A stretch of 64,000 bases of DNA, taken from NCBI GenBank assembly GCA_963734695.1, contig CAVTIL010000009.1, forward strand, positions 91,102 through 155,101, given 5' to 3'. The position numbers and the translations under genes were made by a program. The notes below the pieces were generated by a model. It saw only the letters and a program-made list of their open reading frames with translations. It ran no database searches and was not told where the DNA came from. This document shows positions 55,261-64,000 of the stretch, piece by piece. The stretch's first letter is position 1, and every line of letters begins with the position of its first letter. The stretch comes from an uncultured Acidobacteriota bacterium (GTDB lineage Bacteria > Acidobacteriota > Vicinamibacteria > Vicinamibacterales > 2-12-FULL-66-21).

Positions 55261-56250
55261 ATGAATAACTATTCTTCAGTCCGTGTGGGGGTGGCCGGCG
55301 TGACGGGCTACGCGGGCCTCGAATTGATGCGGCGGCTGGCGCGGCATCCCCACGCGGACGTGAAGTTTGCGATGGCTTCGAGCGCCTCAGAGTCGAAGCG
55401 CATGCCTGCGCTCGCGCGAATCTGGGACGCTCCGGTTGAACCGCTCGACATCGACAAGCTTGCGACTCAAACAGATGCGGTTTTCCTGGCCCTGCCAGAC
55501 ACCCTGGCGGCCGAAATCGCGCCGACCCTGGCAGACCGGGGCGCACGTGTGTTCGACCTGTCCGGGGCCTTCAGGCTGCGGGACTCGACACTCCGCAAGC
55601 GCTGGTATCCCCATACGGGTTCGACGTCTGTCCCTATTGCCTATGGCCTGACCGAGAGTCGTCGCCTGGAGCTCGCGAGCGCGCGGCTCATCGCGTGCCC
55701 GGGGTGCTACCCGACGGCAGCCGTCCTCGCACTCCAGCCTCTCGTCAGCGGCTCGCTGCTCGAGCCCGGCATCATCATCGATGCGAAGTCGGGAGTGTCT
55801 GGCGCTGGCAAGACGCCGACCGAGCGGACGCACTTCTCCGAATGCCACGGGAGCATCTCGGCCTACGGCGTGTTCGCACACCGCCATGCGGCCGAAATCG
55901 AGCAAGAGCTTGGAACGTCGGTCACGTTCGTGCCGCACCTGGTTCCACTGGACCGCGGCATCTTTGAAACGATCTACGCACGGCTGCGGCCGGGTGTCGA
56001 TGAATCGAGCGTGGCGTCGGCATTGACGCGTGCGTATGCGGAATCGCCGTTCGTCCGACTCACGGGTGCAGAGCTGCCGGAGATCAAGCACGTCGCATAT
56101 ACGAACTTCTGCGACATCGGCTGGCGCGTGCACGATCAGCAACTGGTGCTGGTGGCCTGCATCGACAACCTCGTGAAGGGCGCGGCGGGCCAGGCGATAC
56201 AGAATTTCAATGTCGTCTTCGGATTTGATGAGGCGACGGCGCTTAATTAG
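55261..56250 (+). CDS. argC: N-acetyl-gamma-glutamyl-phosphate reductase
   Basis: VRVGVAGVTGYAGLELMRRL, ACPGCYPTA active-site Cys, NLVKGAAGQAIQNFN. Confidence 0.9.
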   Translation: MNNYSSVRVGVAGVTGYAGLELMRRLARHPHADVKFAMASSASESKRMPALARIWDAPVEPLDIDKLATQTDAVFLALPDTLAAEIAPTLADRGARVFDLSGAFRLRDSTLRKRWYPHTGSTSVPIAYGLTESRRLELASARLIACPGCYPTAAVLALQPLVSGSLLEPGIIIDAKSGVSGAGKTPTERTHFSECHGSISAYGVFAHRHAAEIEQELGTSVTFVPHLVPLDRGIFETIYARLRPGVDESSVASALTRAYAESPFVRLTGAELPEIKHVAYTNFCDIGWRVHDQQLVLVACIDNLVKGAAGQAIQNFNVVFGFDEATALN

Positions 56251-57054
56251 ATGGCCACGGTACTCAAGCTGGGCGGCGAACTGCTGGAAGATGCTGCGGC
56301 GAGCCAAAGCATCGTGCCGGCAATTCTGCGCCTGGCAGACCGCGGTCCGCTCGTTGTGGTGCATGGAGGCGGCAGGGCCATTGACGCCGAGCTCCGAGCG
56401 CGAGGCGAGGAACCTCGCTTCGTCGACGGTCTGCGCGTGACCGATGCCGCGGCGCTCGACGCTGTCGTTTGCGTGCTGGCCGGACGGAACAACACGGCGC
56501 TTGTGGCGGCGCTTGTGGCCGCGGGCGGGCGCGCGGTTGGACTCACAGGAGCGGACGCATTTGTCGGCCGCTCGGCGCTCGCAGGCCCTTTCACGACCGT
56601 GTCGGGTGAGCGCGTGAACCTGGGTCTGGTCGGTCAGCCGGCTGATCCCGACGTGTCGCTGTTACGGGACCTCGGCCGTCTCGGGTACATCCCCGTTATC
56701 GCGAGTGTCGGGGTGAGCACGAAAGGCGACTTGCTGAACGTGAACGCAGATGTGCTGGCGGGCCACCTTGCCGCCGTCCTTGGCGCGCGACGATTGATTG
56801 TCGCCGGAGCGACCAAAGGCGTCCTCGGCGGAGACGGCGAGACGATCGCTCACCTGACGCCGGAGGACATCGATCGCATGACCGCGTCGGGCACTGCCCA
56901 CTCCGGAATGCTCGCCAAGCTCGGCGCGTGCCGTCACGCGCTCGAGCGTGGCGTGGCCGAGGTGGCCATCGTTTCCGGCCGCGGCGTTTCGGATTTCGAT
57001 GACGCCCCCGGGACGCGCGTTGAACTGGCGGCGGCGTCAGGACGCACATCCTGA
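56251..57054 (+). CDS. argB: Acetylglutamate kinase
   Basis: VLKLGGELL, VVVHGGG, LLNVNADVLAG. Confidence 0.85.
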   Translation: MATVLKLGGELLEDAAASQSIVPAILRLADRGPLVVVHGGGRAIDAELRARGEEPRFVDGLRVTDAAALDAVVCVLAGRNNTALVAALVAAGGRAVGLTGADAFVGRSALAGPFTTVSGERVNLGLVGQPADPDVSLLRDLGRLGYIPVIASVGVSTKGDLLNVNADVLAGHLAAVLGARRLIVAGATKGVLGGDGETIAHLTPEDIDRMTASGTAHSGMLAKLGACRHALERGVAEVAIVSGRGVSDFDDAPGTRVELAAASGRTS

Positions 57055-57085
57055 TCGGCGTCGAGAGGAGAACGGATTCACGAGA

Positions 57086-58291
57086 ATGACTACCGTCACC
57101 GATGTCATGGCCCTTGAGAAGGAACACCTCCTGCAGGTGTATCGCCGCGGCTCCGTCGTGTTCGATCGCGGTCGCGGATGCCGTCTCTTCGACACCAACG
57201 GCCGCAGCTATCTCGATCTGATTTCCGGTGTCGGCGTCGCCGCGCTTGGCCATGCGCATCCGCGCCTGGCTGAGGCTGTCGCTGATCAGGCACAGCGGCT
57301 CGTTCACACGTCGAATCTCTTCTTTCACCCGCTCCAGGGGGAGCTGGCGGCTCGCCTCTCGTCTCTCTCCGGACTGCCGCGCGCGTTCTTCTGTAACAGC
57401 GGCGCGGAAGCGGTGGAAGCGGCGTTGAAGTTCTCCCGCCGGTACTGGTTCGCCCAGGGCAAACCACGCAGCGGCTTCGTCGCGTTTCACCGGTCGTTTC
57501 ACGGCCGGACGATGGGCGCCGTGTCGGTGACCTGGGACGAACACTATCGCGGCCCCTTCCAGCCGCTGGTGCCGGATGTGACCTTCGTCGCGACCGACGA
57601 TATCGCCGGCCTGCGGGCCGCGGTCACCGAAGGTACGGCTGCGGTCATCGTCGAGCCGATACAAGGTGAGGGCGGTGTACGGCCGATCAGCGCTGCCATG
57701 GCCGCGGCGATCACGGACGCGTGCCGCTCGTCCGGCGCGCTGCTGATTGCAGACGAGGTGCAGTGTGGCCTGGGCCGCACGGGCCGGGCGTTCTGTTCCC
57801 CCGGGATGGGTTTGCAGCCCGACCTGATGACCATAGGCAAATCGCTGGGGGCGGGCGTGCCAATCGCGGCCACCCTGTTCAGCGAGCCCGTGGCGGCCGC
57901 GGCCGCATTCGGGGATCACGGGAGCACGTACGGTGGCAACCTCCTCGCCTGCCGTGCGGCGCTCGTGTTCCTCGACGAGCTTCTGGATGGCGGCTTGATG
58001 GCGCACGTGGCTCGGGTTGGCGCCCACGTGGAGGCGAAACTGCACCAGCTCAAGTCGCGGCATGCGTTCATCCGGGAGATACGGGGCGCCGGCTTGATGT
58101 GGGGACTGGACCTGGATCGACCCGCGGCGCCGATTGTCGATGCCGCGATTCAGCAGGGGCTGCTGGTCAACCGAACGTCGGACACCGTGGTGAGGCTGCT
58201 ACCGCCATACATCATCACGGCCGAAGAAATAGACGAGGCGATTGGACTGCTGGACGCCGCGCTCATCGCGGCATTCGGGGGACAACAGTAA
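57086..58291 (+). CDS. argD: Acetylornithine aminotransferase (class III PLP)
   Basis: ATG 57086. FCNSGAEAVEAALK, LLIADEVQCGLGRTG, GSTYGGNLLACRAA. Confidence 0.85.
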   Translation: MTTVTDVMALEKEHLLQVYRRGSVVFDRGRGCRLFDTNGRSYLDLISGVGVAALGHAHPRLAEAVADQAQRLVHTSNLFFHPLQGELAARLSSLSGLPRAFFCNSGAEAVEAALKFSRRYWFAQGKPRSGFVAFHRSFHGRTMGAVSVTWDEHYRGPFQPLVPDVTFVATDDIAGLRAAVTEGTAAVIVEPIQGEGGVRPISAAMAAAITDACRSSGALLIADEVQCGLGRTGRAFCSPGMGLQPDLMTIGKSLGAGVPIAATLFSEPVAAAAAFGDHGSTYGGNLLACRAALVFLDELLDGGLMAHVARVGAHVEAKLHQLKSRHAFIREIRGAGLMWGLDLDRPAAPIVDAAIQQGLLVNRTSDTVVRLLPPYIITAEEIDEAIGLLDAALIAAFGGQQ

Positions 58292-58899
58292 TGACGATGG
58301 TGACGTTCAGGCGGGCTGACGTATCCGACGCGGCCGCGATTCATCGGCTGATTTCGGACAATCTCGAAGTCGGCCATCTCCTTCCACGCACGAGCGACGA
58401 CGTCGTCGCTCATGCATCACGTTTCATCGTTGCAGAGGCCGATCAACGCGTGATCGGATGCACGGAGCTGGCGCCACTGAGCGCAAAAGTCGCCGAGGTT
58501 CGGTCGCTCGTGGTCGATCAGGACGCGCGCGGCAACCGGATCGGTCCGCGCCTGCTGACGGAGCTGGAGTCGCGCGCCGTGGCACTCGGCTTTTCGACCC
58601 TGTGCGCGTTCACCCATCAGCCGTCGCATTTCGTGAAGCTGGGATTCACGATCGTGCCTCACATGTGGGTGCCTGAAAAAATTGCACACGACTGCACGGC
58701 GTGTCCGCTGTTCCGGCGCTGCGGCCAATATGCAGTCACGCTTCCGCTGCGGGACGGCGTTTTCATTCGACCCGAACAGCCGGCAGCCATCATCTATGGA
58801 GGCCGTTCGATTGCCGCACCGCGGCGGAATGTCGAAAGGCTTCAGCTCGATCCTGTCCCGGTATTTGCCGGCGCTGACGAAACCGCGGTGCCGGCATGA
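58291..58899 (+). CDS. GNAT family N-acetyltransferase (short N-acetylglutamate-synthase-like) with Cys-rich C-terminal extension
   Basis: ATG overlaps the argD stop (TAATG). VRSLVVDQDARGNRIGPRLLTELESRAVALG acetyl-CoA motif. HDCTACPLFRRCGQY follows the GNAT core. Confidence 0.65.
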   Translation: MTMVTFRRADVSDAAAIHRLISDNLEVGHLLPRTSDDVVAHASRFIVAEADQRVIGCTELAPLSAKVAEVRSLVVDQDARGNRIGPRLLTELESRAVALGFSTLCAFTHQPSHFVKLGFTIVPHMWVPEKIAHDCTACPLFRRCGQYAVTLPLRDGVFIRPEQPAAIIYGGRSIAAPRRNVERLQLDPVPVFAGADETAVPA

Positions 58900-60119
58900 G
58901 CTGCGTCGCGAACGTCTCAGTTCGATTGATTGACGGAAGCGTGACCGCTCCGCGGGGATTCCGCGCGGCTGGTATTTCGTGCGGAATCAAGGCCAAGGGG
59001 CTCGACCTCGCGCTGATTGTCTCGGACACTCCGGCGTCGGCCGCGGGGGTCTTCACCCTGAATCGTGCGCAGGCTGCTCCGGTGATCATCTCCCGTCGCA
59101 ACCTGGCTGCCGCGGCCGGCCACACACGGGCCGTCGTCGTCAACAGCGGATGCGCCAATGCCTGCACGGGCAGCGACGGGATGCGCCACGCCGAAGCCAT
59201 GGCCGCAAGGACTGCCAGCACGCTGGGGTGCGCCATCTCGGAAGTTCTGGTCGCCTCAACCGGCGTCATCGGCGTGAAGCTCGACATGGACAAGGTGACA
59301 CAGGGCATTTCGAGCGCGGCGGCGGCGCTCGGCACCAGTGGCGGAGACGATGCCGCACGGGCCATCATGACGACCGATCCGTTTCCAAAGAGCACATCGG
59401 TCGAGATTTCGAGCGCGTCCGGCACGTTTCACATCGGCGGCATCGCCAAGGGATCCGGAATGATCGAGCCGAACATGGCGACCATGCTTGGCTTTGTCAC
59501 CACGGACGCCGCCGTCGAGCCCGCCTTGCTGCAGCGTGCGCTGAAGGCTGTGGTAGACGAGACGTTCAATGCGATCACGGTGGACGGGGAGTGCTCCACC
59601 AATGATTGCGTGTTCGCGCTCGCCAACGGGGCCAGCGGCGTCGTGCTCGGCACCGACGACTACCCAATCCTCGTCGAGGCGCTCCGTCACGTGTGCGAAC
59701 CGCTCGCCGTCGGCATCGTCCGCGGCGGCGAGGGGGCCACCAAGCTGGTCACGGTCCGCGTCACGGGCGCTGTGTCGGATGCCGATGCGCGGCGCGCTGC
59801 GAGAGCGATCGCCAATTCACCGCTCGTCAAGACGGCCATTCATGGTGGCGATCCCAACTGGGGACGGCTCGTCGCGGTGGCGGGGCGGTCGGGTTCCGAA
59901 TTCGTTCTGGACGCGGCCGCCGTGCGGATTGGACCGGTGGAGCTCTTCAGCAGCGGCATGCCGCACGACGAGCGCGCGCCGCAGGCTGCCGAGTATCTGA
60001 TGGGTAAGGATCTCGTGGTCACGGTAGACATGGGCACGGGGGGTTCCGGCGCGTCACAGATGTGGACGTGCGACTTGAGCGCCGAGTATGTGCGGATTAA
60101 CGCCGAGTACCGAACGTAA
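58896..60119 (+). CDS. argJ: Bifunctional ornithine acetyltransferase / N-acetylglutamate synthase
   Basis: ATGA overlap with the GNAT gene. VTAPRGFRAAG, GIAKGSGMIEPNMATMLGFVTTDA (autoprocessing TML site), SAEYVRINAEYRT C-terminus. Confidence 0.9.
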   Translation: MSCVANVSVRLIDGSVTAPRGFRAAGISCGIKAKGLDLALIVSDTPASAAGVFTLNRAQAAPVIISRRNLAAAAGHTRAVVVNSGCANACTGSDGMRHAEAMAARTASTLGCAISEVLVASTGVIGVKLDMDKVTQGISSAAAALGTSGGDDAARAIMTTDPFPKSTSVEISSASGTFHIGGIAKGSGMIEPNMATMLGFVTTDAAVEPALLQRALKAVVDETFNAITVDGECSTNDCVFALANGASGVVLGTDDYPILVEALRHVCEPLAVGIVRGGEGATKLVTVRVTGAVSDADARRAARAIANSPLVKTAIHGGDPNWGRLVAVAGRSGSEFVLDAAAVRIGPVELFSSGMPHDERAPQAAEYLMGKDLVVTVDMGTGGSGASQMWTCDLSAEYVRINAEYRT

Positions 60120-60130
60120 GGAATACCGAC

Positions 60131-61075
60131 ATGCCGAGCGTGACTGACGTTCCTTTGCGGTTCCTCTCCATTCTCGACTTCGATCACGAGACGCTCAGTG
60201 CGTGTCTCGAGCGCGCCGCGCAGTACAAGGCCGCGCGGGCGGCGGGCGTCTACGATCAAAAAGTCCTCAAGCACCGCCACGTCGCACTGCTTTTCGAGAA
60301 GCCTTCCCTGCGCACCCGCTCGACGTTTCAGATTGCGGTGCGAGAGCTCGGCGGCGACATCATCGAACCGGAGACCGAGGTCGCGCTCGGCGGCCGTGAG
60401 TCACTCGCCGACGTCGCGAGAAATCTGGAGCGGTGGGTCTTCGCGGCCGTGATTCGGACCTTTGGTCAGGACAAACTGAGCGAATTCGCGGCAGCGGCTC
60501 CGCGGCTGCGCGTGCTCAACGCGCTGACGAACGAAGAGCACCCCTGCCAGGCACTCGCTGATTGCCTCACGCTCCAGCAGGCCTGGGGCGATCTCAAGGG
60601 ACGCACGATTGCGTTCGTCGGAGATGGCAACAACGTCGCGACGTCGCTCGCCCAGGCCGCCGTCATGCTGGGCGCGTGCGTTCGAGTGGCGTCCCCCACC
60701 GGATTCGGTCTGCCGGATCGCGTCGTCCAAGACGTTGCGCGCATTGCGCGGGCAGGGGGATCGCTCGAGTGCGTGGTGGATCCGGTCGCGGCCGTCACGG
60801 GCGCCGACGCGGTCTATACCGATGTCTGGACGTCCATGGGGCAGGAGAACGAAACGGACAAGCGTCTTGCGGTCTTCACGCCGTACCAGGTCAATGGCGG
60901 GCTGATGTCACACGCGCAGCCTGACGCGCTCTTCATGCATTGTCTCCCCGCGCATCGCGGATTCGAGGTGACCGACGAGGTCATTGATTCGAGCGCGTCG
61001 GTGGTGTTCGACCAGGCGGAGAACCGGCTGCACGTTCAGAAGGCGCTCCTCGCGATGATCGCGCGTAGCGCGTAG
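60131..61075 (+). CDS. argF: Ornithine carbamoyltransferase (motif SLRTR instead of canonical STRTR)
   Basis: FEKPSLRTRSTF, HPCQALAD, FVGDGNNVA, DVWTSMG, HCLPAHRG. Confidence 0.8.
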   Translation: MPSVTDVPLRFLSILDFDHETLSACLERAAQYKAARAAGVYDQKVLKHRHVALLFEKPSLRTRSTFQIAVRELGGDIIEPETEVALGGRESLADVARNLERWVFAAVIRTFGQDKLSEFAAAAPRLRVLNALTNEEHPCQALADCLTLQQAWGDLKGRTIAFVGDGNNVATSLAQAAVMLGACVRVASPTGFGLPDRVVQDVARIARAGGSLECVVDPVAAVTGADAVYTDVWTSMGQENETDKRLAVFTPYQVNGGLMSHAQPDALFMHCLPAHRGFEVTDEVIDSSASVVFDQAENRLHVQKALLAMIARSA

Positions 61076-61108
61076 CGCGAAGGCGGATGTGGTAGGCTCC
61101 GCCTGCCC

Positions 61109-62125
61109 ATGCGCCAAGTGGTCATCCCGCGGTACGGCGCGCCCGACGTGTTCGAACTGCGTCAGCTTCCAGACCCCTCGCCGGGGGCAGCCGACCTCCG
61201 TATCCGCGTCAGAGCCGCCGGGATCAATTTCGCCGACATCCTTGCTCGACTGGGCCTGTATCCCGATGCGCCGAAGCCTCCGATGGTGGTCGGGTATGAG
61301 GTTGCAGGCAACGTGGATGTGGTCGGCCGGGACGTGGTCGGCTTTGCGCCCGGCGATCGCGTCATCGCGCTGACCCGATTCGGCGGATACGCCGACACGG
61401 TTGTCGTCCCGGCAACCCAGGCATTTCATTTTCCAGGCGAGCTCAGCGACTCGGAAGCCGCCGCGGTTCCCGTGAATTATCTGACCGCCTCGCTGGCGTT
61501 GTATCGCATGGCTGCGCTGGCTCCGGGCGAGACCGTGCTCGTCCACAACGCAGGCGGCGGCGTCGGCATCGCCGCGACTCAGCTCGCGCGGCTGCGTCGA
61601 GCGACCGTGATCGGAACAGCGTCCGCCTTCAAGCATGACGCGCTGCGCAGCTTTGGCGTCGACCATGCGATCGACTATCGCCATGCGAACGTCGCCGAGG
61701 AGGTGAAGAAGCTGACGCGTGGACGCGGCGTCGACGTGATACTCGATCCCATAGGCGGCCGCAGCTTTACCGACAGCTATCGCATGCTGGCGCCGCTCGG
61801 CCGGCTCATTATCTTCGGCCTGTCAGCCGCGGCGCCCGGCGAGAAGCGGAGCACCTGGCACGCATTTCACGCCTGGCTCTCGACGCCGCGCTTCAATCCG
61901 ATGTCGATGATCAATCGAAACCGGGGCGTGTTCGGCCTGCACATCGGCCATCTCTGGGACGAGCGCCGCCAGCTCGCGACGTTGATGCAGATGCTCATCA
62001 GCGAGTTGTCGGCGGGCCGGCTGACTCCGGTCGTCGCGCGCACGTTTCCGCTCGAACGCGCCGCCGACGCCCACCGGTTCATTCAGAGCCGGCTGAATAT
62101 CGGGAAGGTCGTCCTGACAACGTGA
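61109..62125 (+). CDS. Zinc-type alcohol dehydrogenase-like NADPH:quinone oxidoreductase (MDR family)
   Basis: ADLRIRVRAAGINFADILARLGLYP, VLVHNAGGGVGIAATQLA, GKVVLT C-terminus. Confidence 0.8.
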   Translation: MRQVVIPRYGAPDVFELRQLPDPSPGAADLRIRVRAAGINFADILARLGLYPDAPKPPMVVGYEVAGNVDVVGRDVVGFAPGDRVIALTRFGGYADTVVVPATQAFHFPGELSDSEAAAVPVNYLTASLALYRMAALAPGETVLVHNAGGGVGIAATQLARLRRATVIGTASAFKHDALRSFGVDHAIDYRHANVAEEVKKLTRGRGVDVILDPIGGRSFTDSYRMLAPLGRLIIFGLSAAAPGEKRSTWHAFHAWLSTPRFNPMSMINRNRGVFGLHIGHLWDERRQLATLMQMLISELSAGRLTPVVARTFPLERAADAHRFIQSRLNIGKVVLTT

Positions 62126-62134
62126 CGCGGAGCG

Positions 62135-64000
62135 TCATTTTCCAGAGACCGTGGTGTTATTCCGCGCATCCGCCCCGAGGAACTTCCTGAAGAACGTGTC
62201 CATGCGCCCGAGCGTGTACATCCAGCGGCTGTAAAGCATGGATTCGTGCGTGTCATCGGGAAACACGATCAGCTCGAAGTACACGTCCCGCTGACGCAGG
62301 AGCTGCACGAGGCCGGTCGTCTGTTGAAATGCCACGTTCCGATCGTCGTCTCCATGGACGAGCAGGACGGGGGACTTCCAGCCATCGATCGCGCCGATCG
62401 TAGATGACTTGAAAGACACCGCGTCGGGATCGAGCGAGCTGCCCCAGAGATGGACGCCGGCCAGATCGACGCCGGCCTTGAAGATGTCCGAATTGCGGGC
62501 CAGCGCCTGCGAGGTCAGCACGCCGCCGTACGACAATCCCCAGATGCCGATGCGGTTGGGATCGACATCCGATCGCGTCTGCAGGTACTTGCCCGCGGCC
62601 AGCACGTCTTGATATTCCGCATTGCCGCTTCCCCCGGTATTGGGAGAGGTTCGAAACGATCGGCCGTACCCGATCCCGCTGCGATAGTTCACCGACAGCA
62701 CGACATAGCCCTGGCTGGCCAACCATTGGTTGATGCCGTAGGCCCAGTGGTAGAACTGCATGTAGTGATAGCCGAGAAGCATCTGCCTGACAGGACCGCC
62801 ATGGACGAACACAATCGCGGGACGACGTTCGCCGGCGCGGATGTCCTTCGGCACGAAGAGCTGGTTATGAATCTCCAATCCGTCTGAAGCCTTGGTGAGG
62901 ACGAGCGCCGGCTCCACGTGGGCGTCGGCCGGGAATCCGGAGCGCGACGTCGGGAACGCGATCTTCTGAAGTCCAGCCGACGAAGACGACAGCTGCCAGA
63001 GTCCGAGCGACTGCGGCATCTTCCAGTCGGCGCTGAGCGTGGCGAGCGTCTTTCCCGACGAGAGCGGCGTCGGCGACGTTTCGATACCGGCGCCGGTCGT
63101 CACCTGATGCGGCGTGCCCCCTGTGACAGGCACGGCCCAGACGTGGCGACGTTCGATATCGCCAGCGTTTGTGCAGTAGTAGAACGTCTTGCCATCTGAC
63201 GAGATGGCAACCGACGTCTGATCCTCGATCAACCCGTCAGTGGTCGTCAGCAGCACAGGGCGGGAATCAGGACTCGCGATGTTCAGCGAATAGTAGCGAT
63301 CCCATTCGTCCACGGGACCCTGAGGAGCGGCGTCTGGTTCCGCGGCTGCCGCTCCCCTCGCCCCGCGACCGCCGCGACCGCCACCCACGATGAGCGGGAA
63401 GACGACGTAATCGCCAGCGAGGCGGAGATTGGTCGGGTTGTTTGCGATGCGATCGTTCGACTGGTTGTGCCAGACCTCCCGCGCTTCCCCCGTGTCTACG
63501 TCAGCCTTCATGATCGACAGCGTGTATCCGCCCTTGAATGTCGCGCGCTGCAGGCCAGGCACATTCGCGATGCGTGGTCCGCTCGGAGCACTCTCGGGAA
63601 CTGGCGTGCCCGTGGCGGCCTCGGTTCCGGCGGCGCCAGTCGCACCCCTGCCGCCCCTGGCACCCCGGCCGCCCGTGCCTGGCGGCTGGAACGCTGGTCC
63701 ATTTGGAAGCCCCAGTGCACCGGTTCCCTGCTGCGACTGCTGCGCAAAGGGCAATCCGGGCCGCCTCAGGAAGACGATCCCCTTCCCGTCTTTGGTCCAC
63801 ATGGGGCCCGTGTCGAAGTCCACGCTTGGCGCCATGTAGCGAACCGTGCGAGTCGCCACGTCGTAGACCACGACGAAGCTGTGGTCGGTGCGAGTGCTCA
63901 CGAAGGCAATCTTCTTTCCGTCTGGCGACCACTGCGGCGTATCTGCGCGCCCCACTCCTTGATGAATGGCTTCTCGCCGCGGTCCATTTCCGAGACCGGC
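62135..64000 (-). pseudogene. S9 family serine peptidase (prolyl oligopeptidase/DPP type) with N-terminal beta-propeller; runs off the window edge, frame change near 63950
   Basis: WSPDGKKIAF propeller blades. Catalytic GLSYGG, then D and H regions (VHGDDDRNV, DDTHE). Upstream of 63955 the protein-like reading (EMDRGEKPFIKEWGA) is in another frame. Confidence 0.75.

Noticed and set aside
61081-61102. Small hairpin ggcgga-N10-tccgcc between argF and the quinone oxidoreductase gene as a terminator
   Set aside because: It has only a 6-bp stem and no U-tract, and it lies 7 nt before the next ATG. That is too weak to call.

Overview
High-GC (~65%) bacterial chromosomal window. The gene content and the intergenic repeats make me suspect an Acidobacteriota-like lineage, but I cannot verify that. 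No rRNA, tRNA, CRISPR array, transposase or integrase was seen.

Gene content from left to right:
- A Tad/Flp pilus locus (cpaC, cpaB, tadE-like, cpaA, two flp pilins) in which every gene is frameshifted.
- A pseudo-receiver protein carrying about 29 tandem 13-aa E/R/A/K repeats.
- A tight three-gene operon: SNF2 helicase, a large type IIG-like N6-adenine methyltransferase, and a membrane GAF/DHp pseudo-kinase. It ends in a long AT-rich hairpin. This is my best candidate for an undescribed defence or epigenetic module.
- A TauE/DUF1634 pair, two Ser/Thr kinase-TPR proteins (one coupled to an ECF sigma factor), and panE.
- An amidohydrolase, an APC permease, and a Rieske oxygenase.
- A Lys-rich protein / SagB-type dehydrogenase / coiled-coil operon.
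- A GcvT-like gene with two tandem CrtI-like oxidoreductases, and a DUF1800/DUF1501 pair.
- An orphan PduA-like BMC-H shell gene.
- MerR, PCD, and TetR with an MFP and an RND pump that is fused in frame to its TolC-like outer membrane factor.
- thiO, yihY, and an aromatic amino acid decarboxylase.
- An intact divergent arginine regulon (argR-argG-argH / argC-argB-argD-GNAT-argJ-argF), then a quinone oxidoreductase and a partial S9 peptidase.

Two window-wide observations:
1. By eye I count roughly 40 frame-breaking indels. They are confined to accessory genes and clustered at 0.1-4.2 kb, 25.4-29.7 kb and 32.2-37.1 kb. Stretches of 12-14 kb containing housekeeping genes are clean.
2. Several families of intergenic low-complexity repeats and hairpins recur.

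All calls come from reading motifs in the supplied translations. No database search was possible.
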